14,520 bases of DNA from Octopus sinensis (lineage: Eukaryota): assembly GCF_006345805.1 (NCBI RefSeq), contig NW_021825794.1, positions 1 through 14,520 on the forward strand, in the 5' to 3' direction. Positions 1-8,699 of this stretch are shown here, piece after piece. Under the pieces are notes generated by a model. That model saw only the letters and a list, made by a program, of their open reading frames with translations. It was not told where the DNA came from and did no database searches. Within the stretch, counting starts at the first letter, position 1; the number at the start of each line of letters is the position of its first letter. The translations under genes were made by a program, and so were the position numbers.

Positions 1-189
1 CTTAACCATTTACATCTCTTCAGGAAACTGTATAACCACCTGATCACTCAAGTAAATATGTAAATCAAATAAAATTTTATACTCCCCAAGAAAACAGGTT
101 ACATAACTGGTTGAAGAATACACCATACAACATAGACGAGGGATCATTGATCTCTCTATAAGACCTACATGGTGAGACATAAAACAATC

Positions 190-790
190 TGGAGCAGGAG
201 GGAATGTAAACTGAAGAACCTTTCAGTCAGTTGGAGGTTCAAAGAAATATCAGTTCATGCATATGGCTGGGAGACGGGAATAAAGGACAACTGGGAGTTT
301 CTATGAGATAGCTTGCTGTGAGTCATAGATCAGGTTTGTGGATAAAGTAAGGTGCAGTAGAGTAGTACATTAGGTAGAACTGTAAATACTAAGGGACTGG
401 CCGAGAAAGATTGGAAGTAAGAGGGAAGAAATAAACATTAAGAAAAGCTGCTGAAACTAAGAGGTTTGCTAATGTTCTGTGATGAAAGAATGAGAGGCTT
501 GATATGCACTGGGGTGCAAAAGAAAGTGTCATTGAGGAAAGGTGTGATGGTAATGGCATGCTTGACTTCACTGATAAGGAGAATAAAGATGCAGAAGTGC
601 TACTAAAGAGGTTGCCAAGTGAAGAGAATGTGTAGGAGAGAAAGAGACCAGCTGTTGAATGTGTTGTTAAGGATAGGAAGGAAGGGAAAGCAACTCAACC
701 AGATGCTAAAGATATCCACTGGTGTAGGATGGATACACACAAATCACTTGCATAATCAATCAGATTGTATAAAGAGATGTCATATCTAAT
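190..790 (+). mobile_element. Heavily decayed RTE-clade LINE remnant (APE-RT linker / RT N-terminus)
   Basis: Manual translation gives stop-broken pieces (AAETKRFANVL*, CDGNGMLDFTDKENKDA, KRLPSEENV*, TQITCIINQIV*) that resemble the linker of the better preserved RTE copy at 4405-5323 (-). Boundaries are approximate. Confidence 0.5.
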
Positions 791-1229
791 GACAGCATGT
801 GGCAAAAACCACTTTGCCTCCAAAAACTAGGTGTATTTGCTCATCAATGCAACATCTAAAAGGTCATCATCCAAACTGCTAAAAATGACTTCATACAGCT
901 CTCGGGTTATTTCACCTTTGAAACTAAGTTTATTGAATTGAATTTTCCTTTGCTTCATAACGTTGATAGTTCTTCGAGCAGTACTGCTGTAAAGAAAGAC
1001 TCTACCATTGCTGCCTGCTTTGCAGTCAACTCCACACCACACTCTTGGCAAACATCTTCCAAGCCTATCTCCTTCCTACCAGTCTTGACAGTCTTCCATT
1101 ACTCTTGAATATTGCACATCAGAAATAGCCACAATGTTCATCAAGCTCTTCATTCTCTCCAGAAATCTCCGCAGAAATCTATCCGGAACTTTGGAAGCAT
1201 GTTACAGTGTGTTGCATCCCAAGAAAGGC

Positions 1230-2190
1230 AACCTTTCTAACTCTACCAACTTTCACTCTATTGCATTCATTGGACATTTGCATATCTAATCCACCCCCGC
1301 TGCTTTGGAGGAGAACACTGAACAGCTGTGAACATTTGAAACTCAAGTGCCTCGTTCTCAATAAGAACAAGAAAGCAGAACTTTTAAGATTATACATTAA
1401 TGTCCTTTTTGAGGTTTTGTTTGGTCTCGAGCCATGCCTGGGCTCACAAGGGCCAATTTCCCGGTTTCTTGGTGTATAGGTTCCCCACCTGGATGCAACG
1501 CCGGTCCGTCGCAGGTGAGCTGCAAGATGCAGGAGGAAAGAGTGAGAGAAAGTTGTGGTGAAAGAGTCAGCAGAAGTTTCGCCATTACCTTCTGCCAGAG
1601 CTGCATGGAGCTTAGGTGTTTCGCTCATAAACACAATCACCCGGTCTGAGATGCGAACCCCCTACTGCGAGTCTGCTGCTCTAACCACTAGGCCATGTGC
1701 CTCCACAGTTTGGTGCTAGTTTCTCTAGTACTTTCCAGATATAGATTTTTGTTAATCACTATTCCCTTCTATTTTCCTGGAAATATAGTTTCAAAGCCTT
1801 TAACCTCTCTCAGGAGCACATTTGGTGTATAGAGCAGTTTGTTTTGAGTATGATTGCCTCCAGTTCATCTTGATAGTATGAACTGACTATAACTGGTTAT
1901 CAATAATTTAGGTGACTAAGAACAACAGTCTTCCAGAAAACAATCATAATCTCTTGTGGTCTTGTTCAAATATCCTTAGAATCCATCCTGCTAATCTTTG
2001 GCCTGTTTTTTTCCAATTTTTTAATAAGTGCATGAAATGATGTATCCTTATTCATTGCAATTCTCAGGACCTCTGCTGTTTCAGGCCTTGGTATTGCAGT
2101 TTCTTTGAGCTGTGTGTCTTCATTTTGTATTGTTGGAGAATTAATTGATGGTAATACTGTACTGAACTTCATATTGTTTTCTCTAGTCCA
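1230..2190 (-). mobile_element. Decayed CR1/L2-type LINE 3' ORF2 remnant, interrupted by a SINE
   Basis: Minus-strand pieces IAMNKDTSFHALIKK, FWKTVVLSHLNY, SSYYQ, ERLKALKLYFQENRRE and RTRHLSFKCSQLFSVL resemble the CR1 RT C-terminal pattern (LxY...WSPY...ERLxxLxLxxLExRR...GPQLFN). Many stops and frameshifts; boundaries are approximate. Confidence 0.6.
1415..1706 (-). mobile_element. tRNA-derived SINE (~290 bp) with a V-domain-like core
   Basis: GC-rich island. The minus strand begins GTGGAGGCACA-TGGCCTAGTGG (A box, 1685-1695), has a degenerate B box GTTCGCATC (1650-1658), a core CACCTGCGACGGACCGGCGTTGCATCCAGG, and ends in an A-rich CCAAACAAAA tail. Confidence 0.75.
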
Positions 2191-2200
2191 GTATGTATAC

Positions 2201-2419
2201 CTGTGGTTTTCAACCAGGGTTCCGTGGAACCTTAAGGTTCTGCAAGTACAGTGCAGGGGTTCCGCAAGAAGTTACAAAACTGCTAAAATAGGCAGTAATT
2301 TTTAAGTCTCCTGTGCAGATATGTGTGCATAAGACTATTAAATTATTGCACAGGGGTTCCTCGAGCCAGTGGAATGTTTCCTTGGGGTTCCGCTCCAGCA
2401 AAAAGTTTGAAAAGCACTG
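2201..2419. mobile_element. hAT (Charlie-like) MITE, 219 bp
   Basis: Imperfect 15-bp TIRs CTGTGGTTTTCAACC / GTTTGAAAAGCACTG. Perfect 8-bp TSD ATGTATAC at 2193-2200 and 2420-2427, fitting the Charlie-type NTNTANAN target. Internal GGGGTTCC subterminal motifs. Confidence 0.9.
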
Positions 2420-3796
2420 ATGTATACAGCATTGAAGTCCTTCTAAAGGCATTTACTATTATTTTGGGTCCTTTTACTGTTTATTTATGTCTTAGTATCA
2501 TCAACCAAATTGATTGGCTTAAGCTATTACAAACAATAGAGGTCTGAAGGCCTATATCACTCCACTGACCTTTCAGATAGAGCACTAATGCTTTTAATGT
2601 GTCACCAGGATTCTTGCAGGCCAATCCTCCTCACCAGGGGGAGTGGCCTTAACACTTCTGCTGTGGAGTACAGGTCTTCTTCTAGTAGAGCACGGTGCCA
2701 GGTATCTTGGTCCTTTGTCATCTTGTCTGAAAGGTTCAGTGTCCTGAGGTCATCCTCCAGTATTTTGTTCCATGTCTTACTGGGTCTCCCTCTTCCATGT
2801 GTCCCATCTACATTGAATGACTGGCTCTTCTTTATGGAGCTGTTGGCATCCATCTACATCACATGACCGAACCAGTGCAGCATTCTCTCTTACACACTGC
2901 ATCTAATTCCTCTTATGCCTGACTTCTCTCTCAATACACTGGCACTCTGTTGAACATGTACACTTATATTACACATCCAGTAGAGCATACTAGCATCATT
3001 CTTCTCTAGCCTTTGCATGTCCTGCCTTCAGGGCCCATGTAGAATAACTGTCCGTATACATGCATCCTACAATGCATCCTACAGAGAAAGAAACCTTTGG
3101 TTGCCAACAGAGGTTAAAGTTCTCTGAATTTCCTCCATCCTGTTCTTATTCTAGCTATCATGCTCTCCATACATTCCCTAGGTAGCAGAAATTATTTGGT
3201 TCCCTAGGTAGCAGAAATTATCCACTACCTCTAATGAGCCACCAAGGCATTTGAGAGAATCAATCTCCTGAGTATCTGTAGTTTTTAAGGTTCCTATGTC
3301 TCTTCCACATATGAACACTACTTTCTCTGATAATCTTCCTATTATTCCGCTGCACCTCTTGTGTATCCATAGCTTACAGTGAGTATGCTGTATGGAATTC
3401 CTGCTTCCACCTTTCCTACAAATTGAGCAGGGCCACCTACCTGAAGGGGTAGGGTCTTTGCACACACATGAAATTTCTCTTCTAGCTCTGATATAGAATC
3501 TGCTATGAGGGCAAGATCATTATCATTTAGCAGTTCCCAGGGTCTGCCAGTCTTGAATTCCTCTGTTATAGTTTGGAGGACAATAATGAAAAGGAGAAGA
3601 CTGAGGACTGAGCCCTGATGAATGCCTACCTGTGTATGAAATTCTTTGCTGTACTCATTAACTCTCGCCTTACTGGCAGCATCTCTATATATGGCCTGAA
3701 CAGCTTTCATAAGCCACTCATCTAACCCTAGCTTCTGCAGAGCCCACCATATCACACATGATACTCTATCAAAAGCTTTCTCTAGATCAATATTGG

Positions 3797-3800
<4 letters not shown>

Positions 3801-3832
<32 letters not shown>
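3801..3832. repeat. (TA)16 microsatellite
   Basis: Read directly from the sequence. Confidence 0.97.
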
Positions 3833-3836
<4 letters not shown>

Positions 3837-3889
3837 CATGATGGGTTTCTTTCAGTTTCCGTCTACCAAACCCACTCACAATTATATAA
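3833..3889 (-). mobile_element. Possible short SINE/LINE 3'-tail fragment
   Basis: CATACATGATGGGTTTCTTTCAGTTTCCGTCTACCAAACCCACTCACAA abuts a (TA)/(CATA) tail. It resembles a cephalopod SINE tail that I recall; not verified. Confidence 0.35.
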
Positions 3890-4242
3890 AATATAATTAA
3901 GATTCAGTTGATTTAGGTACTTAAAGTGAGGCACCTTGCTAGGTTAGTATAATCCGCACACCCAAACAATATTAATTAAATATTGAATATCAAGACTCCG
4001 TACAGGGGTGTTTGCACCTGATATTCCTGCTGTGTGTGCAGACAACGCTTTTTTCTAGAGGGTACCCTATCAAAAGCTTTCTCTAGATCAAAAAAGGCCA
4101 AGTATAATGGTTCTTGGCTAAGTACTTCTTTTGCAGTTGCCTAATTATGAAAATAGTGTCAGTAGTGCTTCTCCTTGGGATGAAACCAGACTGCATTTTG
4201 TCTAGCCTAATTCTGCCCCTAATTGATTGTGCTATAACTTCA

Positions 4243-4404
4243 AATGTTGTTGAAGTAGTCCTCAGAAAGGATTTGTAGAAGTGGTCCATCTGAGTATCTG
4301 CGAGTCTGGTGTGTGGAGCATATACTGAGATAACTGATACAGTTACATCAAAGAAGACTATCCTTAGCTTAACAATTCTATCACATACCCTGACTGCCTC
4401 AATC
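4243..4404 (-). repeat. 162-bp copy of APE segment 5997-6158 inserted in the RT region
   Basis: 161/162 identical by manual comparison (TATCCTT vs TATTCTT). Confidence 0.93.
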
Positions 4405-5323
4405 TCTCTAATTTTCATCATCTGGTCCAGGAGTTTGATGCTTCTATAATTGCTTATATCTAAGGCATCTCCCTTACCTTTATAGCAGCTAACTATAATG
4501 CTGCTACACCAGTCACTGGGTTTTACACCTTCTTAAATAACCTGATTAACTATGCAGGTGACTAGCCTGTATCCTACCTCACCGGATATTTTGAGCATCT
4601 TAGCAGTGACTCCTGATAGACAAGGGGCTTTTCCTGTTTCCATGTCTATAATTGCCTTACCTACCATATTGCTGTCCACTAGGTTAGCTGGTCTCTCTGT
4701 TGGATAAAGGAGACTCCCTTTATCCTAATCATTCTCCACATTCAATAGCCTTGCATAGTAACTCTTCCATGCCCCTTTCTTGTCTGCATCATTAAGTGCA
4801 AGCATACTGTTATACATCCGCACATACTTCTCTCTCACAATATCTTAATTCTCTTTGACACACTGTCTAGCAATCCAGAACACCTCAAGTCTCTGATTTT
4901 CATGCTGTAGGACATTGGCAAGCTTCTTCCTTTCTACTTGTGCCCTAGCTAAATAAACCTGATGTCATGCTTCTCTTTTAAATTTCTGAAGTGATTCTTT
5001 GTTACCCATTCTTTCTAGCTCTGTCTCTTCTCTTTTTTGACCCTGTCAACCTCATTGTTACACTGCCAAGTCACCCTTGATCTGGCAGAGGCTTTACTCC
5101 AACCACAGACTTGGTTTGTCACCCTCAGTAGATTGTCCTTCCAGTGGTTGTCTGCAAGAAATGTCACTCTTTCTTCCTCCTTCTCATCAAAAGCTTCATT
5201 AAAAACACCTCTAAATCTTTGTCTCTTTGAAAGATCTTTGAGCTTCCACAACCTCCTTTTCCATATTGGCTTGCATCTCTGGATCCTTTGGGCCCTAACC
5301 CTGGAGTCACTAACCACTAGCTT

Positions 5324-5516
5324 ATGAATGCCTACCTGTGTAAGAAATTCTTTGCTGTACTCATTAACTATCACCTTACTGGCAGCATCTCTATATATGG
5401 CCTGAACAGCTTTCATAAGCCACTCATCTATCCTTAGTTTCCTCAGAGCTCACCATATCACACATGATACTCTATCAAAAGCTTTCTCTAGATCAACATT
5501 GGTGAATATATATATA
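5324..5516 (-). repeat. ~190-bp direct duplicate of RTE RT segment 3618-3808
   Basis: Both copies run from TGAATGCCTACCTGTGT to TCTAGATCAA(T/C)ATTGGTGAATATATATA with roughly 90% identity and the same TA-tract breakpoint. Confidence 0.92.
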
Positions 5517-5519
5517 TTT

Positions 5520-5729
5520 ATTTAAAAATCTATTAATCTTACATATAAATGTAGACATAAATATATTAAAACATACATATATATGTAAATATATTGAAGA
5601 AGGTTTGAAGTAGTGATGAAAACGAATTTAGCAATTCCTCTTTCTTCAGGGTAACAGGTTTACATTTGCAAGTTGACAAATTATGTTAGGTTTCCTTATA
5701 GATAAGAGGCATGGGTAGGGGAAGAAAGA
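5520..5729. repeat. Rearranged copy of Penelope 3' tail 6460-6790
   Basis: 5521-5550 is about the reverse complement of 6460-6489; 5550-5624 matches 6501-6575; 5634-5729 matches 6695-6790. The ~120 bp between the last two donor segments is missing from this copy. Confidence 0.9.
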
Positions 5730-6170
5730 TTTTGCATTTATGATCATATATCTGTCCCCATGTATGGTGAGGATGTAGTCAATCTGGCTAGTATGTCCCC
5801 CAGATTGATAAGTGATAAGATAGTTGGTAAGTTTTCTGAAGTTGGTGTTGTAGACCAGTAAGTCCTGCACGTCACGAAACTCCAGCAGCCTTGTCCCTTC
5901 CTCATTTCTAGAGCCAAAGCTGTAGCTTCCATGCACACCCTGGGATCCATTGGGATGTCTTCCAACATGTCCATTAAAGTCCCCTGCCACAATGAGAATG
6001 TTGTTGAAGTAGTCCTCAGAAAGGATTTGTAGAAGTGGTCCATCTGAGTATCTGCGAGTCTGGTGTGTGGAGCATATACTGAGATAACTGATACAGTTAC
6101 ATCAAAGAAGACTATTCTTAGCTTAACAATTCTATCACATACCCTGACTGCCTCAATCACTTTATTCATC
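5730..6170 (-). pseudogene. APE (EEP) endonuclease domain fragment of the RTE LINE, frameshifted
   Basis: ORFs 5744..6169 and 5646..5990 overlap in different frames and together give SVYAP...GDFNGHVG...GTRLLEF...SQIDYIL. Confidence 0.88.
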
Positions 6171-6254
6171 CATTTCGCTACTAGTAGAATAGCTACATAC
6201 TCACATATTTATAAATACACACACATATATGTATGTATATAATACATGTGTGTG

Positions 6255-6261
<7 letters not shown>

Positions 6262-6302
<41 letters not shown>
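6262..6302. repeat. (TA)n microsatellite, about 20 units
   Basis: Read directly from the sequence. Confidence 0.97.
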
Positions 6303-6306
<4 letters not shown>

Positions 6307-6624
6307 CAAAAAATAGTAGTATCCGCACCAAACCTGGCGCTGATGCTGCTTTTTTTGATAATTTGACCCATAAACATGACTTTGATTTCAGATGAATTTA
6401 AAGCACAAATATATACAAGATACATTAAAAAATATAAATACATAGACATTTAAAAAAAAATTTATATGTAAGATTAATAGATTTAAAAAAAAATTTTAGA
6501 TGTAGACATAAATATATTAAAACATACATATATACGTAAATATATTGAAGAAGGTTTGAAGTAGTGATGAAAACAAAATAACAGATAGAAGGAGGAAAGA
6601 AATTAAAAATCAGGATAGTTATAA

Positions 6625-6725
6625 TAGGGTGCCAGTGGCTGTTTCTAGGGGTTAATTGCAGGTAAAAATAAGGCGATAAATACCCATTATTTATCAATTC
6701 CTCTTTCTTCAGGGTAGCAGGCTTA
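6625..6725 (-). ncRNA. Candidate degenerate hammerhead ribozyme in the Penelope 3' pLTR region
   Basis: Minus strand has CTGAAGA (6712-6706), a long stem II containing a perfect GATAAATA/TATTTATC hairpin (6675-6695), then GAAAC (6645-6641) and GCCA-C-TGGC. Stem I and a canonical cleavage triplet are not clearly intact. Confidence 0.45.
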
Positions 6726-6884
6726 CATTTGCAAGTTAACAAATTATGTTAGGTTTCCTTATAGATAAGAGGCATGGGTAGGGGAAGAAAGAGAAATATA
6801 TTCCAATAAAATATAACAAGGAATAAAAGTTTGTTTTAAAATATATCTTAGTTCAATTCTAATCAGAGTCACTGTAGTGTAAAA

Positions 6885-7250
6885 ATGTTGGGTAAATTTT
6901 ATGTTTGCATGAAAAAAACCATGTCTGACAATTTGTTAAGTAGCAGTAGATTTTACGTTCGAAGAATGATGAGTGCTTCCCTTATACATAATTTACATTT
7001 ACCTAAATTAGTGTTATACAATGGAGCATTTTAGAGTATATTTTCTCTTCTCTGATTTGAGCTTGTGGATATACCTAGCAAGCATGGTAGTCATTTTATA
7101 TTTAGGATTGTTAAAAGAATAGATATAAGTTTGATATCTACGCTTAAAATCAGTGGCACTACCAATGTATATTTTAGGTTTTGCATCTGGTGTTGATACC
7201 TGACATTTATTAATTCCTGCAAGGAATCATTTACACGACAATTGCATCTT
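6885..7250 (-). pseudogene. GIY-YIG endonuclease domain of the Penelope-like element, frameshifted
   Basis: CNCR is in ORF 7091..7321. A second frame reads STPDAKPKIYIGSATDFKRRYQTYIYSFNNPKYKMTTMLARYIHKLK (IYIG at about 7161-7172), followed by GKCKLCIREALII...LLNK...CKH. Confidence 0.85.
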
Positions 7251-7290
7251 TTTCTTCTTTTTTGCTGTTTCATTTTTAATTTGAATAAAT

Positions 7291-8011
7291 GGATCTTTTC
7301 CTTTTGAATGGCAGTTTTCAACTTTTAAACTTCGTATACTGGTAGAATGTGTCAAAATAAAACATTTTTTTCTCTTGGCTTTCTTGAGAAAATTGTAATT
7401 TGTGAGTTTAACATAGTTTAATTTTTCGAATTTTAGCCAATCGATGGCCTCTATTTAGCTAAAATCATTTGCTGCGTCTAAAACTGAGACAACATACTGT
7501 CACTGACCCTAACACTAACCCTAACCCTAAATTTTAGCCTTTTGTTTTTTTTTTCTTAATTTTTAAATTAATTTAATTGTTACGCGTATGTCTAAAATTA
7601 TTCGTTTTGTTTTTGTTTTGAGATACACATGTATTGTTTAAACTATTTTCCATTGCTTAAGAAAAAAAAACAAACGAAAGGCTAAAACGAAAGCAATGGA
7701 AAATAATTTAAACAATTAACAAACAAAATAATTCTATAATTTTATACACACGCTTTCCAAACGTAAACATAACAGTGACAGGATGTTGTCTCAGTTTTAG
7801 ACGCAGCAAATGATTTTAGCTAAATAGAGGCCATTGATTGGTTAAAACTCGAAAAATTAAATTAGGTTAAACTTATAAATTACAATTTTCTCAAGAAAGC
7901 CAAGAGAAAAAAAATGTTTTATTTTGACACATTCTACCAGTATACGAAGTTTAAAATTGTTTAGTTAACTAGAAATTGTGTTGAAAACTGCCGTTCAAAA
8001 GGAAAAGATCC
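7291..8011. mobile_element. Non-autonomous foldback DNA transposon, 721 bp, ~215-bp TIRs, 8-bp TSD
   Basis: TIRs 7291-7505 and 7773-8011 begin GGATC and end GATCC; about 95% identical apart from a 23-bp extra in the right arm. TSD GAATAAAT at 7283-7290 and 8012-8019. Confidence 0.92.
7507..7530 (-). repeat. Telomere-like (TTAGGG)4 tract, one unit variant
   Basis: CCCTAA CACTAA CCCTAA CCCTAA immediately inside the left TIR. Confidence 0.85.
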
Positions 8012-8699
8012 GAATAAATTTGGAGCCGGGATATTAGTTTGTAGGCCAATAGTGTTATTTAAATTATGAATATCAATTTCAGATTGAGCAGTTGTATTGG
8101 AACCACAAGTTACATGTGTTTTATAGTTGGGGAATTGATCAAGTTTCTTATATTTATCTAACGCATTGGATTTAAAGGTTTGTGCGCTAATTTTTGATTT
8201 ATTAATAGAAGATATTATCGATCTCAAATTAGGAGTTGTAGAGAAACAAATTTTCACAGAAGTTTTATTGAATATGGAATAGTATTTATGGTATTTCGGA
8301 AAGTTTGTTTTCAAAATTTTAATGAAAAGTTTTGGTAACGATTTTATTTGAAGGGAAAAGTGAGGGGTGTACCAAATAATTTCACGTTTTTTTTATTTAG
8401 ATACGTTATCTCCCCTGAATTTATACATTATTAATTAATAAATTATGTTAAATTATTTTATAACCTTTTATTTTTGAATTAATTAATGTATAAACTTAAT
8501 TTTTTTCTAGATAGATATATGTATAGAATTGTGTATATTTGTTGTTATATTTTTATTTGGAGTGTCATACAAATTGAATGTAAATTTTTGATATGGCCAG
8601 TGTGGTCTTGTGTGTAATTTAGATTGTAAAGTTTTTAATTGATTTTCAGTGGAGGCAGATTTAATAGGCTTAGCATTCTTTTCGGAAAATGTTTGCTAT

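Larger units (their letters stand above)
3180..4560 (-). pseudogene. Reverse transcriptase domain of the RTE LINE, disrupted by insertions and frameshifts
   Basis: ORFs 4083..4421, 3342..3839 and 3178..3465 carry the RT motifs QxGF, DLEKAFD, GxxQGSxLS and the decayed YADD. Confidence 0.88.
2600..6170 (-). mobile_element. 5'-truncated, rearranged RTE-clade LINE (APE + RT + C-terminus)
   Basis: Motifs in the expected order on the minus strand: VISVYAP, (A)GDFNGHVG, SQIDYIL (APE); HKLVVSD, WKLKD (linker); GKGDALD...NYRSIKLLDQ, MQSGF...RSTTDTIFIIRQLQ, DLEKAFDRV, GIHQGSVLSLLLF, ELLNDNDLAL (decayed YADD), FCYLG (RT); GRGRPSKTW...DQDTW (RTE C-terminus). Confidence 0.92.

Noticed and set aside
827-1051. 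74-aa ORF on the minus strand
   Set aside because: No convincing motif. It might be a very old APE remnant, but the similarity is too weak to call.
1179-1649. Overlapping ORFs of 153, 90, 69 and 71 aa
   Set aside because: They are chance frames across the GC-rich SINE and CR1 remnant, with no coherent protein.
6308-6345. Possible Helitron 3' end on the minus strand (GCGCC-AGGTTT-GGTGC...GATACTACTAT)
   Set aside because: It resembles the family B tail, but the hairpin is imperfect, there is no CTRR and no upstream family homology.
6201-6742. ORFs 6201..6449 and 6425..6742
   Set aside because: Low-complexity translations of TA microsatellite and AT-rich Penelope tail sequence (YIYIYI, FFFK).
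6885-7250. Possible selenocysteine (in-frame TGA) recoding, reported for some Naiad-type Penelope elements
   Set aside because: The conserved Cys positions visible here (CNC, CKLC, CKH) are all TGC or TGT. Nearby stops are TAA and look like decay, and I could not recognise a SECIS.
7507-7530. True telomere or chromosome-fusion site
   Set aside because: Only four units, in one orientation, lying inside a TSD-bounded transposon.
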